Below are positions 18,501-28,260 of a DNA stretch of 64,000 nt, one piece after another. The position numbers and the translations under genes are program-made. Source of the DNA: Pseudomonadota bacterium (GTDB lineage: Bacteria > Myxococcota_A > Polyangia > Polyangiales > Polyangiaceae); contig JAEZYZ010000062.1 in assembly GCA_023418705.1 (NCBI GenBank), positions 17,875-81,874 on the forward strand. The letters are read 5' to 3'. The notes under the pieces are model-generated. The model saw nothing but the letters and a program-made list of their open reading frames with translations. It ran no database searches and had not been told where the DNA came from. Position 1 is the first letter of the stretch. Every line of letters begins with the position of its first letter.

Positions 18501-20137
18501 AGCACGTGCAGGCACGCGGGACCGTCGAGCGGCTCGGCAGGAGGGTTGAGCTGTCGTAGCAGCGCCGCTTCCTCCTCGCTGACGAGTGGCACAGCCGAGA
18601 GCGGGACATTGGCCGTCGGCGCGTGCTCGAGGAAGACCCCGAGGCGCGCGGCGATCGAGCGGAGGCGCGCCTCCGAGCAGCGCGCCACGAGGCGCAGCCG
18701 CCCAGCTTTCGTGTTCACGCAGAGCAAGAGATCCCGTGTCGCGTCCGGCGGCTCGGGATCGACATCGACGAGCACCGCGACAGCGAGCGGCGCCGGGGCT
18801 TGTCCGCTCCTCAGCGCCAGGTCCACCGGATGCGGCTCGGTTTGGCTGAGCCGCAGCCGCTCGCGTTCGATGCTCTCGACGGCGGCTCCGACGCCGAGGG
18901 TCGGCGATAGGCTCAGGCGCAGCGGGGACGCGCCAGCGAGCAAGCGGGGCGCCATGGCTTGCTTGTCGCGCAGGGCCGGATCGGCATAGGCGACGTCGAG
19001 CTCGAAGCACTGGCAATAGCGCGCCAAAAAGGCGAGGCCGAAGGCCGCGGCGTGGGACGCCGGTACGCCCGGCGCAAGGGGCACCTCGATCGAACGTTCG
19101 GGGGCGGCCGGGTCTGGGTTGAGGTCGAGCGACGGATTGTTCGGCGCCCGCAAGATCGCGGCAAAGCGCGGCTCGTGCCGGGCGGCGGCCTTGGCGGCCG
19201 CTTCGAAGCGCGCTTTGAGCTCCGCGTCGACGAGCGGGAGCTTGCTGCCCACCTCGATGCCGGCGGCGCGCAACGCCTCGGCCGTGAGCGGCTGCCCGTC
19301 GGTCAGGCGCAGCCCGGAGAGCCGAACGCCGGTGGTCGAGCTGGCGACCACCAGCGCGTCGCCGTCCACCTGGAGGACGGTCCCCGGCGTCCCCGTCGAA
19401 GCTTCGGGATGGGCTCGGGACACGAGCAGGACGCCGCTGGGGGTGAGCAGCTTGGCGCACCCGACGGGGTTTGGATACGTGCCAAAGTCGAGCGCGCGCA
19501 CGACGCGGACGATCGCGTCGGCCGCTTCGTCGAAGCAGAGCACGCCGGCGGCCGGCGGTCGCTCGGAGGCCCCGAAATAGGTGCGCTGCGAAGGGTCCTG
19601 AGCCTTCGGCTCCAGCGTGCCGGAGACGATGGCCTCGGTGAGGTCCCGGAAGCTCTCGATCCCGGCCGTGAAGCATTTGGCGTTGAGGCTGAACGCGGTC
19701 TCGTCCGCGGCGACCTCGAACGACCGCTGGATGAAAATGCGCCCGGCGTCCGCCTGCGCCGTCATCTCGTGCCAGGTCACGGCGTGCGTCGGCTCGCCGT
19801 TGAGCAGCGCCCAGACCGGGGCGTTGAGGCCGGCATACCGGGGCAGCGGCCCGTCGTGGAAGTTCACCGCGAAGCGCCGCGCCCGCTCGAGCAGCTCCGC
19901 CGGCAGGATGCGGAAGTTGACCACCGAGAACAGCACATCGAAGGGCTCCGCCGCGGCCGCGCTCGTCAGCTCGCCGGGATCGATGACCCGCAGCCGTTGC
20001 TCGCGAGCCCACTCGACGACGGTGGGTTCGCGGCTGGCGATGCCGCGGATCCGCTGTCCGGCGTGCTGCCAGATCTCGACCGCCTGAATCAGCAGCGTGG
20101 CTTCACCGACGAACCAGGCTTCAAGCGGGCTCTGCAT
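15584..20137 (-). CDS. NRPS: formyltransferase-like / condensation C-lobe only / A domain (Gly-type code) split by luciferase-like monooxygenase / PCP
   Basis: 1517 aa. ATG at 20137 overlaps the PKS stop by 17 nt. Domains by motif:
- Fmt-like domain (aa 1-300, nt ~19238-20137) with [13 protein letters not shown] and ...ADAGRI, so the N/H/D triad is present.
- C-lobe-like segment without HHxxxDG (aa ~320-530, nt ~18548-19180).
- A-domain motifs A1-A4 ([35 protein letters not shown]; nt ~17873-18520).
- LLM insert of ~355 aa ([10 protein letters not shown]...[12 protein letters not shown]...[19 protein letters not shown]; nt ~16778-17845).
- A5-A10 ([38 protein letters not shown]; nt ~15938-16765).
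- PCP (FFDLGGHS; nt ~15683-15904).
There is no C-terminal release domain. Confidence 0.95.
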   Translation of the reverse strand: MQSPLEAWFVGEATLLIQAVEIWQHAGQRIRGIASREPTVVEWAREQRLRVIDPGELTSAAAAEPFDVLFSVVNFRILPAELLERARRFAVNFHDGPLPRYAGLNAPVWALLNGEPTHAVTWHEMTAQADAGRIFIQRSFEVAADETAFSLNAKCFTAGIESFRDLTEAIVSGTLEPKAQDPSQRTYFGASERPPAAGVLCFDEAADAIVRVVRALDFGTYPNPVGCAKLLTPSGVLLVSRAHPEASTGTPGTVLQVDGDALVVASSTTGVRLSGLRLTDGQPLTAEALRAAGIEVGSKLPLVDAELKARFEAAAKAAARHEPRFAAILRAPNNPSLDLNPDPAAPERSIEVPLAPGVPASHAAAFGLAFLARYCQCFELDVAYADPALRDKQAMAPRLLAGASPLRLSLSPTLGVGAAVESIERERLRLSQTEPHPVDLALRSGQAPAPLAVAVLVDVDPEPPDATRDLLLCVNTKAGRLRLVARCSEARLRSIAARLGVFLEHAPTANVPLSAVPLVSEEEAALLRQLNPPAEPLDGPACLHVLIAAQAARTPDRPAVTARGVTLTYAELDARANALAHRLQQRGVGPDTLVGVFMDRSVHLLVSLLAIHKAGGAYVPLDPRYPEERLRLVIEDAALTLLLTDRAHQGRSGLGRLDKIVVDDGSVDDGAASPPQSGVEGHHLAYVIYTSGSTGRPKGVMVEHRNVVNFFRGMDEVLRPEKPGTWLAVTSLSFDISVLELLWTLTHGFHVVVSSGTVSAGAKNARRVDFSAFYFSADENAQGGDRYRLLTEGARFADENGFVAVWTPERHFHAFGGLYPNPAVTNAALAMITKRVALRAGSCVSPLHSPIRIAEDWALVDNLSNGRVGISFASGWQPNDFCIRPEGFADRKDGMFEAIETVRRLWRGERLPFRNGEGREVVIGTLPRPVQKELPVWVTAAGSPETFERAGRIGANLLTHLLGQSFADLTEKVRIYRKAWTEAGHPGRGTVSLMLHTFVGESDEAVKRAVREPMKQYLRTSVGLIKEAAWSFPAFKHRLDGGSFTTDNLSAEEMDALLDHAFERYYATSGLFGSVESALGIVDAVRRSDVDEIACLIDFGVPTDQVLQNLPLLAEVHARCNSDVDEADATLAELIERHGVTHLQCTPSMASMLVGDDETRARLGELQTLLVGGEALGGALAADLRRALPGRLINVYGPTETTVWSTSHEVTESSTDIPIGRPLHNQEAFVVDRCGNLLPPGEDGELLIAGDGVTRGYLGRPELTASRFVAHPFRPGARAYRTGDVATVDPSGVLRYRGRADHQVKIRGYRIELGEIEALLTEHPAVRQAVVLAREDTQGDKRLVAYVIPDGGGVDTSALKQHLAERLPDYMLPAAIVPMTAFPQTPNKKLDRNALPAPEQQQKAPLAERERPSSEHELLIAEMWREVLKLPAVGVDDNFFDLGGHSLLTVQLLGKLKPKVSRPLQLVDLFRYPTIRGLARFLAEGDAASTGALDQSAERGAERQRLRQAMLDRRRRP

Positions 20138-23100
20138 GGGATGACCTCGATACGGGCGGCAAGGGTCCGGGCGCCTCTTCGAGAGCGCGCTTCAGGTGCG
20201 CCGTCAGCACGCTCACGTTTGGCTCCAGGATCAGGCTATCGTGGGTGCCGGGGACCTCGACGATCTCGAGCCCCGGCAAGAGGCCGTCCCAACCGAGGGT
20301 CGGCCCGACATGTTGAAACACCTCCGCGACGCGGTCGGCGCGGAACAGGATCACGCGACCTTCGTAGCGGCGCGCGCGGTAGCGCGCCGAGGCTTCGTAG
20401 AAGCTGCGCGTCAGCTGCAGCTCTCGGAGCTCCAGCGGCAGCGGCTGCTGCTGGCTGAGGTAGAAGCGGAGCTTGAGCTCGGCGGACAGCTCGTTCAGGT
20501 GACGGGACCACTTGGCCCGGCTGCGCTCGGACAGGTACGCGGTGCCGCCCTGGAGCAGCTTGGTGATCCGATCGGCGAGGGCGGGCTTGCGCGGGCGGGT
20601 CGAGGGCTCGAACGTGTCGAACAGCACGACGAGCCGCACCTGCTTGCCCTGGGCGATCAGCTGGTGGGCCATCTCGAGCGCCACCACCCCGCCCCCGGAA
20701 TAGCCGCCGAGCACGTACGGTCCCGAGTGGTCGATTTGCGATAGCTGCTCGACGTACAAACGGCCCATGTCCTCGATGGTCTGAAGGGGCGTCTCCCCGT
20801 TCACGCCCAGCGCCTGCAGCCCGTAAAACGCCTGATTCGAGGGGAGCCGCCGCGCCAGGTCGTAGAAGTTCAACACGTTGCCGCCCGCGCCGTGGACGCA
20901 GATGAACGGCGGTCGTTCCGGGCTGCCCTTTTGGATCAAGACCAGGGGGTTGAAGCCGTCGTGGGCTGCGGGACGCCCGTTCGGGCGCTCCGGCGCGGCG
21001 CGGCCGTTCTTCGGGACCTCGAGGGTCTTGCCGAGCCGCTCGCGCAGGATGTCGGCGCACTGCTCGATGGTCGGCGCCTGGAAGAGCACGGCGAGCGAGA
21101 GATCGACCCCGTGCGTCTTCTTGATCCGCGAAAATAGCCTCACCGCGATCAGGGAATGCCCGCCGAGCTCGAAGAAGTTGTCGTGAATGCCGACGCTGGA
21201 GACGCCGAGCAAGGCGCACCACATCTCCGCCAGGCTCCGCTCGATCTCGTCGCGCGGGGCATCCTCCCGCTGCGCTTCCGCCGTCGGGGCGCTGGGGCGC
21301 GCCTCGACGCGCGCTGGCTTCAGATCGGCGGCGAGGGTCTCGAGCGGAACGGGCGTGGCGACGACTTCGCCGCGCCAGCCGCTTCGCAGCACGCGATCGA
21401 CGACCCGGAGGCCCTCTTCCAGGGTGAGCCCCTCCTCGAACCAGCGCTCGAGCGGCGAGGGGGCCGTGGCGGGGGCAGCTGGGGCGGTGAGCGCGCGGGC
21501 GGGCATGCTCTTGGTCACATAGCCGTCGATGGTGGCGACGACCTTCCCGTCGAGGTCCGCCAGCTGCAGGTCGAAGACGGCGACGCCGTCGGACCCGGGC
21601 GCCGATCTCAGCCGCACGTGGCTCATCAGCTCGGCGGGCAGCGGGGCGCGGATCGTCAAGCGCTCGTACGAGAGGGGGATCCGCAGCAGGTCTGCCGCGT
21701 CGCCCGTGTCCGCCAGCGAGAAGGCGAACCCCGACGCCATGTCGAGCAGGCCGGGGTGCAGCGCGTAGTTCGCCTGCTCCCCGCGGAGCTCCTCGGGCAG
21801 ACGCAAGAGGGCGAGCGCCTCGTCCGTCCCGAAGTGCATCTCGCGGATCACCTGCCAGTGCCGACCGAGGGCCAGGTGGCGGTCCTGAGGCAGCTCCTGG
21901 CGCTCCTCGAAACGCTGGCTTCGGTGGCCGCAGCGGCGGCGGATGGCGTCGAGATCGAGCGGCGCCGGCGCCGGCGCCTGGTCGACGCGCAGGCTCCCTC
22001 GAGCGTGCTCGACCGCGCTCGGCTCGCCCTTCCCACGGCTCGAGATGGTCACGGTCACCGTCGCCGGCTCGGAGCGCACGTCGGTCACCACCTCCAGCTG
22101 CCGCTCGGCGCCGTCCGGGATCGACAGCGGGCGCGCAAACAGCAGATCGCTGAGCTCGAGCGCGGCGGCGTCGGGCAAACCGAGCGCCCGGGCGCCCGCA
22201 GCGCGAACGATCTCCACGAAGCCGGTGCCGGGCAGCACGGCCGTGCCACCCCGCACGCGGTGCTGATCCATCACCCACAGCGCGCGCGGGGAGTAGGTAG
22301 CCCGAAACCCGAGCTGGTCCATGCGCTCGCGGTGCAGGCGGCCTAGCAGCGGGTGTCCCACGACGTCACCTTCGGCGGGCGCCTCGACGCGCGAGAGCGC
22401 GCGCGCCGCCATCCCCACCTCCTTCCAGACGCCGAAGCCCAGGCTGAGCACGCGCGTCCCGGCTTCGGAGTAGCGCCGGGCGAGCTCCCGTCCGAGCGCG
22501 TTGAGGTAGCTGTTGGCGGCGGCGTAGTCGATCTGCCCGGGAGGGCCGAGCACCGCGCTCGTCGAAGAGATGAGCAGCAGCAGCGCGGGCGGATCTTGGG
22601 CGAGCGCCTCGACCAGGTGGCGGCTGGCGTCGAGCTTCGGGGCGAGGACAGCGCGGGCCGCGGCGCGCGTCTTCACCGCGAGGGGCGCGTCGTCGAGGAC
22701 GCCGGCCGCCTGCACGACGACGTCGACGCGACCGAAGCGGGCCTTCACCCGGTCGAGCAGGGCATCGGTCTCCGCCCGGGAGGCGAGGTCGCCACTCTCG
22801 ACGACCACCTCATGGCCCGCTGCGCTGAGCTCGAGCAACAGCTTGAGCTTGCCGGCGAGCGGATCGCTCGAGCCGAGCTCCTCGAGCACCTCGGCCCAGT
22901 GTTCTCGCTCCGGAAACGGATGGCGTGTGACAAGGACCAGGCGAGCGTTCAGCGTGTCCGCGAAGTGCTTGGCCAAGGTGCTGCCGATGCCGCCGAGGCC
23001 GCCAGCGATCAGGACGATGGGCTCGGGGGGCAGGGGAGCGCCGGCGTCCGAAGCCGGGGCGTGGGTGAAGATCTGGGCGAGGCGCCGTCCGTCGCGTTCG

Positions 23101-26100
23101 GTCGTGACCTCGTGAACCTCCGACGCCGCGGCCTCGAGCAGGACGGAGCGCGCGGTGGCCTCGCTGTCTTGCAGGGCCGGCACCTCGAACAGGACGGCCC
23201 TGACCTCCGGCAGCTCCTTGGGGATGACCCGCACCGGGCCCTCCGCCAGCGCCGCCAGGGCGCCCGAGCTGCCGCCGCCGTCGTCGAAGACCCCCGAGCA
23301 AGCCACCAGCAGGCGCGTGTCGGGATGCAGGCTCTCGCGGGCGAGCGCTTGAGCCAGGTGCAAGAGCGAATAAAAACAGCGGTCGAGCGCGGGCTCGAGG
23401 GGAGCTTCGGGGGATCGCAGCTCGGGGGACAGGCAGAGCGTGTGCACGATCCGGGCGGGGACTCCGGCGTCGCTGACGACGTGCTGAAGCAGCGTCTCGT
23501 AGTCTTCCGGATGGGCGAGCCTCAGCTGATACCGTCCCCGTTCGAGCCGCTCGGTCGTGGCTCCGGGCGTCACGATCGCGGGTTTTATACCGCGCGCGCG
23601 CAGCTCGAGCTCGAGCGCCCGGCAGAGCGGCCCTTCGTCGGCGAACAGCAGCCACACCTCGGCCGGATCGAAGGTCGTGGCTCCGCGATCCGCTTCGGAG
23701 AAGCTCGGCTGGAAAAACCATTTGGAGGCGTCGGGCTCCCGCCGAGCGGAGGGCGCGTCCTCGGCGGCGCCAAAGTAGCCCTTGCCCGGCTCGATCCAGT
23801 AGGGCTCGTGCTCGAAGGGCGTCGCCGGCAGCGGAACGATCGTCCGCGGGGTGTTCAGCAAGCGCTCGAAATCGACGCTCCCACCGTGGGCTGCGATCCG
23901 GCCGACGCTCGTGACCAGGGTCGTCACATCCGATGAGCGATCCTTCGCGTGCGGAGAGACCGGGACCACCGGGCGCTGTTGGTTCGCGCGCAGGGTGGAG
24001 GTCAGGGTCTGGCCTGGACCGACCTCGACGAAGATCGCGTCCGGGTGACGCTCGAGCACACCGGCGACCCCGGCGGCGAAGCGAACGGTCTCTCTCAGGT
24101 GACGGACCAGGTAGCGCGCGTCGATCTCTGCCGCTTCGGGGAAACGGCCGCTCAAGTTGGACACGAAGGGGATGCGCGGCGCGTGAAAGGTCACGCCGGT
24201 CAGCGCCGCCGCGAACTCATCGAGGATCGGATCGAGCAGCGGCGAGTGGGCGGGCACGTCGATGCGCAGGCGCGTGGGGTGCACGTCCTGGGCGAGCAGA
24301 TCGCGCTCCAGGCGCTCGAGCGCCTCCGAGCTGCCGGAGACGACGCAGAGGTCGGGGGCGTTGATGGCGGCGATCGACAGCTCGCCCTCGAGCAAGGGGG
24401 CGAGCTGTTCACTCGGCATCGGCACCGACAGCATGCCGCCGCGCCGAACCTTCTCGAACAGGCGACCCCGGCAGCAGACGACGGCCAGCGCTGCGCCCAG
24501 CTCCAGGACCCCGGAAAGGTGGAGCGCGGCGTACTCCCCCAGCGAGTGGCCGATCAAGGCCGCCGGGCGCACTCCCCAGTGATCGAGCAGGCGCGCGTAG
24601 GCGATCTCGATCGAGAACAGGGCCGGCAGCGCCAGGGAGGGACGCTCGAGCTCCCGCGCCGCGGCCGATACGTCCCCATCCACGAAGAGCAGGGGACGAA
24701 GATCGATGTTTTCTTGCCGCTCGAGGACGCTCAAGCATTCGTCGAGCGCGTCGCGAAAAACGGCTTCGCTCTCGTAGACCTCGCGGGCCATGTTGGGGTA
24801 TTGCGCGCCCCCGCCCGGAAACACGAACACCACGCTAGCGGCTTCACCTGGGGCGTGCACATCGAAGACGCGCGCCGTGTCCGGCCGGGCCAAGAGCTCA
24901 GCGGCCTCCGACGAGCTCTTGGCGGCGAGCACCCGCCGGTGAGCGAAGCGGCGCCGGCCGCGGAGCAAGGTCGAGCTCACCTCGGACAGCACCAGGTCCG
25001 GATGCTCGGCGAGGTGCGCGCTCAGGCGCGCGGCGTACTCGTCGAGGGACCCCTGGCTGCGCGCCGCGAGCAACAAAAGCTGCGGCTTGTCACTCGCGGC
25101 GGGTGACCGCCGCCGCGGCGCTTCTTCGAGGATGGCGTGCGCGTTGGTGCCGCCGACGCCGAGCGAGCTGACGCCGGCGCGTCGTGGCCCGGTGCCCTTC
25201 GGCCACGGCGCCCGCTCGTGCACCACGTAGAACGGGCTCGCCGCGAAGTCGATCTGCGGGTTGGGTCGCTCGAAATGCAGGGTCGGGGCGAGCTGCTCGT
25301 GCTCCAGCATTTGAGCGACCTTGATCAAGCTCGCGACGCCCGCCGCGGTGTCCAGGTGGCCGATGTTCGACTTGACCGACCCGACGCCGCAGTAGCCGCG
25401 GTCGTCGTTCGTGCGGGAGAAGGCGCGCGTGAGCGCCGTCAGCTCGATGGGATCGCCCACCGGCGTCCCGGTGCCGTGGCATTCGACGTAGGAAATGTCG
25501 CGGGCAGTTAGCCCCGCCACCTGGAGCGCTTCGACCACGCACTCCGCCTGACCATCGACCGATGGTGCCAGGTAGCCGATCTTGCGGCTGCCGTCGTTGT
25601 TGACCGACGTGCCCTTGATGAGCGCGTGGATGTAGTCACCGTCGGCGATGGCGTCCGCCAGGCGCTTCAGGACGACGACCCCCGCACCGGATCCGAACAC
25701 GGTTCCTTTGGAGCGCTCTTCGAAGGGGCGGCAGTGGCCGTCGGGCGAGAGGATTTCACCCTCTTCGTAGAAGTAGCCGCGGCCGTGGGGCAGCTCGAGC
25801 GTCACGCCCCCGGCCAGCGCCACGCCGCATTCTCCGGAGAGCAGGCTCTGGCAGGCCATGTGAACGGCCACCAGCGAGGTCGAGCAGGCGGTCTGGACGT
25901 TGATGGACGGCCCCTTCAGATCGAGGCAGTAGGAGACCCGGGTGGCCAGAAAGTCCTTGTCGTTGCCGGTGTGCCGGACGAGGAACAACCCCATCGACTG
26001 CATGAGGTCGGGGTTGGTGAACAGGTGGTAGGGCAGGTAGGCGTTCATGCCAGAGCCGGCGAACAAGCCGATCGGGATCGCCGCGGCCTCGGGCAGGATG

Positions 26101-26444
26101 CCGGCGCTCTCGAGCGCCTCCCAGCACACCTCCAGGAAATGGCGGTGCTGCGGATCCAGCACGCTGGCTTCGCGCGGAGAGAAGCCGAAAAACTTGGGAT
26201 CGAACAGCGAGAGGCCGTCGATCGGCGCCGTCGCCCTCACGTAGCGAGGATCGGTGAGGTGCGCGTCGGGCACGCCGGCGCGGCGCAGCGCCTCGGCGCT
26301 CGGGAACTGGATGCTCTCCACTCCGTCGCGCAGGTTCGCCCAGAAGCGGAACACGTCCGGCGCTCCTGGGAACCGAGCTGCCATGCCCACGATGGCGATG
26401 TCCGTACTCTGTAGTTGATCGTCGTCGACGTCGTATGCGCCCAT
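20121..26444 (-). CDS. type I PKS: KS / AT / KR / DH / PCP-type carrier / thioesterase
   Basis: 2107 aa, ATG at 26444. Domains by motif:
- KS (TACSTS, ECHGTGT, SNIGH; nt ~25125-26405).
- AT (GHSLGE, with VPAHS where HAFH/YASH normally sits; nt ~23865-24833).
- KR ([13 protein letters not shown] in [16 protein letters not shown]; nt ~22395-23732).
- DH ([23 protein letters not shown]; nt ~21501-22361).
- Carrier (FFELGGHS; nt ~21030-21251).
- TE (GYSGGG, PGTHDS; nt ~20175-20957). Confidence 0.95.
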   Translation of the reverse strand: MGAYDVDDDQLQSTDIAIVGMAARFPGAPDVFRFWANLRDGVESIQFPSAEALRRAGVPDAHLTDPRYVRATAPIDGLSLFDPKFFGFSPREASVLDPQHRHFLEVCWEALESAGILPEAAAIPIGLFAGSGMNAYLPYHLFTNPDLMQSMGLFLVRHTGNDKDFLATRVSYCLDLKGPSINVQTACSTSLVAVHMACQSLLSGECGVALAGGVTLELPHGRGYFYEEGEILSPDGHCRPFEERSKGTVFGSGAGVVVLKRLADAIADGDYIHALIKGTSVNNDGSRKIGYLAPSVDGQAECVVEALQVAGLTARDISYVECHGTGTPVGDPIELTALTRAFSRTNDDRGYCGVGSVKSNIGHLDTAAGVASLIKVAQMLEHEQLAPTLHFERPNPQIDFAASPFYVVHERAPWPKGTGPRRAGVSSLGVGGTNAHAILEEAPRRRSPAASDKPQLLLLAARSQGSLDEYAARLSAHLAEHPDLVLSEVSSTLLRGRRRFAHRRVLAAKSSSEAAELLARPDTARVFDVHAPGEAASVVFVFPGGGAQYPNMAREVYESEAVFRDALDECLSVLERQENIDLRPLLFVDGDVSAAARELERPSLALPALFSIEIAYARLLDHWGVRPAALIGHSLGEYAALHLSGVLELGAALAVVCCRGRLFEKVRRGGMLSVPMPSEQLAPLLEGELSIAAINAPDLCVVSGSSEALERLERDLLAQDVHPTRLRIDVPAHSPLLDPILDEFAAALTGVTFHAPRIPFVSNLSGRFPEAAEIDARYLVRHLRETVRFAAGVAGVLERHPDAIFVEVGPGQTLTSTLRANQQRPVVPVSPHAKDRSSDVTTLVTSVGRIAAHGGSVDFERLLNTPRTIVPLPATPFEHEPYWIEPGKGYFGAAEDAPSARREPDASKWFFQPSFSEADRGATTFDPAEVWLLFADEGPLCRALELELRARGIKPAIVTPGATTERLERGRYQLRLAHPEDYETLLQHVVSDAGVPARIVHTLCLSPELRSPEAPLEPALDRCFYSLLHLAQALARESLHPDTRLLVACSGVFDDGGGSSGALAALAEGPVRVIPKELPEVRAVLFEVPALQDSEATARSVLLEAAASEVHEVTTERDGRRLAQIFTHAPASDAGAPLPPEPIVLIAGGLGGIGSTLAKHFADTLNARLVLVTRHPFPEREHWAEVLEELGSSDPLAGKLKLLLELSAAGHEVVVESGDLASRAETDALLDRVKARFGRVDVVVQAAGVLDDAPLAVKTRAAARAVLAPKLDASRHLVEALAQDPPALLLLISSTSAVLGPPGQIDYAAANSYLNALGRELARRYSEAGTRVLSLGFGVWKEVGMAARALSRVEAPAEGDVVGHPLLGRLHRERMDQLGFRATYSPRALWVMDQHRVRGGTAVLPGTGFVEIVRAAGARALGLPDAAALELSDLLFARPLSIPDGAERQLEVVTDVRSEPATVTVTISSRGKGEPSAVEHARGSLRVDQAPAPAPLDLDAIRRRCGHRSQRFEERQELPQDRHLALGRHWQVIREMHFGTDEALALLRLPEELRGEQANYALHPGLLDMASGFAFSLADTGDAADLLRIPLSYERLTIRAPLPAELMSHVRLRSAPGSDGVAVFDLQLADLDGKVVATIDGYVTKSMPARALTAPAAPATAPSPLERWFEEGLTLEEGLRVVDRVLRSGWRGEVVATPVPLETLAADLKPARVEARPSAPTAEAQREDAPRDEIERSLAEMWCALLGVSSVGIHDNFFELGGHSLIAVRLFSRIKKTHGVDLSLAVLFQAPTIEQCADILRERLGKTLEVPKNGRAAPERPNGRPAAHDGFNPLVLIQKGSPERPPFICVHGAGGNVLNFYDLARRLPSNQAFYGLQALGVNGETPLQTIEDMGRLYVEQLSQIDHSGPYVLGGYSGGGVVALEMAHQLIAQGKQVRLVVLFDTFEPSTRPRKPALADRITKLLQGGTAYLSERSRAKWSRHLNELSAELKLRFYLSQQQPLPLELRELQLTRSFYEASARYRARRYEGRVILFRADRVAEVFQHVGPTLGWDGLLPGLEIVEVPGTHDSLILEPNVSVLTAHLKRALEEAPGPLPPVSRSSHAEPA

Positions 26445-26508
26445 TCAGCGTCCTGATCCAGCAAAGGACCGGTCGGTAGCGACTGCGGGCTGGACCGCAG
26501 CCGCCGTG

Positions 26509-27927
26509 TCAGTACGCGTTGCTGCGAACTTTGCGCCCGAACACGGTCAAGAAAATGATGCGCAGATCCAGTCCGAGGTCCCAGTTCTGGATGTAGTAGA
26601 GGTCGTGCTCGAGGCGCTTCTCCATCTTGTCGAGCGTCTCGGTCTCTCCGCGCCAGCCGTTCACCTGCGCCCAGCCGGTGATGCCCGGCTTGACCTTGTG
26701 GCGCAGCATGTAGCGGTAGATCTGGGAGCGGTAGAGCTCGTTGTGGGCGACGGCGTGCGGCCGCGGACCGACGATCGACATCTGCCCTGCCAGCACGTTG
26801 AAGAACTGCGGCAGCTCATCGAGCGAGGTGCGCCGCAAGAACGCGCCGAGCGGGGTGATGCGGCTGTCGCCCTTCTTGGCCTGACGTACCGTGTCGCCGT
26901 CTTCGCAGACGGTCATGGTACGAAACTTCAGCACGGGGATTTCTTTGCCGTTCAGGCCGTAGCGCCGCTGAACGAAAAATACCGGCCCCGGCGACGTGAG
27001 CTTGATCAGGATGGCGATGACGACCATCGGCAGGCTGATCAGCAGCAGGATCAACGTCCCGAGCACGATGTCTTCCAGCCGCTTCACCCACCCGCCGAGA
27101 CCATGAAACGGGGTGTGTTGGATCGCGACCACGGGAACGTCCCCGAGGCTCGACCATTGCGCTTGCAACAGATCGAACACGAAAAAATCGCCCACGACGA
27201 AGACCGACGCGGTCGTGTCCGACAGGCGCTGCAACAGGTCGTTGATCCGAGACTCGGCGCGCAGGGGCAGCGCGATGTAGACGTAGTCGACCGGGTTGTC
27301 CTTCATGTGGACGAGCAGCTCGTCGAACCCACCTTTGAACTCGGCGTATTGCTCGCTCATCTTGTGGCGGCGCGACTCGATACGATCGTCGTAGAACCCG
27401 ACTACCTGCATACCGACAGCGGGATCGGCCATGTGCTCGCAAAGGCGCTCGGCCGCGCGGGTCATGCCCAGGATGGCGACGGTGCGCGAGTTGCGGCCGC
27501 GCCGGCGCAGCTCCTGCAGAAAGAAGCGGACCGCCAGCCGCCAGACGGCCAGCAAGTTGGGGGTCAGCAGGAACCAGCCCACGGTGATGACGCGTGAGAA
27601 GTTCTCCGTTTGTTTGGTCGCGAACCCCAGAAACAGCAAGACTGGAATGACGCAGACCCACGTCAGGACCACCTGGGTCAGCTCACTGACCACCGGATCT
27701 CCCCGCCAGGCGCGGTAGAGGCCGTTCAACTCGGACGCCAGGTAGAAGGCGATCACGGCCACGCAGCTGGCGACCGTGTCCTCGAGCCGCCAGCCCTGGT
27801 CGTATCCCCAAACCAGGGCGTACAGGCCGACGACGATGAAAATGGCGTCTGTGATGCGCTGCCCCATCGTGATGAGGGGCGCGTAGGTTTTCAGGAAGCC
27901 GTCTTTGATGCCGCGCTGCTCAGTCAT
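26509..27927 (-). CDS. polyprenyl-phosphate hexose-1-phosphate transferase (WcaJ/WbaP-type priming glycosyltransferase)
   Basis: N-terminal TM helices, then the C-terminal bacterial sugar transferase domain: SPGPVFFVQRRYGLNGKEIPVLKFRTM, SLDELPQFFNVLAGQMSIVGPRP, KPGITGWAQVNG. ATG at 27927 preferred over the TTG at 27942. Confidence 0.9.
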   Translation of the reverse strand: MTEQRGIKDGFLKTYAPLITMGQRITDAIFIVVGLYALVWGYDQGWRLEDTVASCVAVIAFYLASELNGLYRAWRGDPVVSELTQVVLTWVCVIPVLLFLGFATKQTENFSRVITVGWFLLTPNLLAVWRLAVRFFLQELRRRGRNSRTVAILGMTRAAERLCEHMADPAVGMQVVGFYDDRIESRRHKMSEQYAEFKGGFDELLVHMKDNPVDYVYIALPLRAESRINDLLQRLSDTTASVFVVGDFFVFDLLQAQWSSLGDVPVVAIQHTPFHGLGGWVKRLEDIVLGTLILLLISLPMVVIAILIKLTSPGPVFFVQRRYGLNGKEIPVLKFRTMTVCEDGDTVRQAKKGDSRITPLGAFLRRTSLDELPQFFNVLAGQMSIVGPRPHAVAHNELYRSQIYRYMLRHKVKPGITGWAQVNGWRGETETLDKMEKRLEHDLYYIQNWDLGLDLRIIFLTVFGRKVRSNAY

Positions 27928-28260
27928 CTGACACTCGTGCAACTTCGACCAAAGCGCGAGAAGTCGCTCACTCTTATCTACCGAAATCGGGGTCTGGGGT
28001 AAATAGTGGACTCACACCGGCACCTCGGGATTGTCTCGGATTCAGCTCCTTTTTGTTTCCCCGGTCTCGTGTCGACCTGGGGTCGGCCGGTCTCCGCCGG
28101 CCTAGTTCAAGCCGCGGCTTGGGCTTTGTTCTTCCTTTTTTCGCGCCGCAGCGCGGCCTAGCTAAATGCGCCCGGGCGCTCGGCGCCCGCGAAGAAACGA
28201 CCTCCGAGCGGATCGTTCACGATGGGACCGCGGCCTTGCCGTGTCGAGTTCGGGGTGGAC

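Noticed and set aside
16325-20012. 744-aa plus-strand ORF (16325-18559) and 673-aa off-frame minus-strand ORF (17991-20012) within the NRPS gene
   Set aside because: Both are alternative frames of the NRPS coding region. Neither has motifs, both are strongly biased to Arg/Ala/Gly/Pro, and the accepted frame is uninterrupted for 1517 codons.
8775-20137. Interpreting the UXS-like SDR, the aminotransferase domain, the formyltransferase-like domain and the GT2 as an Arn-type (UDP-Ara4N / undecaprenyl-phosphate-Ara4FN) pathway
   Set aside because: - The aminotransferase is a class-III (GSA-like) domain fused to an ACP, not a DegT/ArnB-type sugar aminotransferase.
- The formyltransferase-like domain is fused to an NRPS module rather than to the decarboxylase.
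- No ArnT-like transferase or ArnE/F flippase is present.
The resemblance is kept only as a remote alternative for the Fmt-like domain's substrate.
20236-25106. Long alternative-frame ORFs inside the PKS gene (20236-22278 minus, 22353-23936 plus, 23949-25106 plus, 21156-22346 plus)
   Set aside because: For the same reason: they are shadow or off-frame ORFs with low-complexity translations. The accepted frame contains KS, AT, KR, DH, carrier and TE motifs in order.
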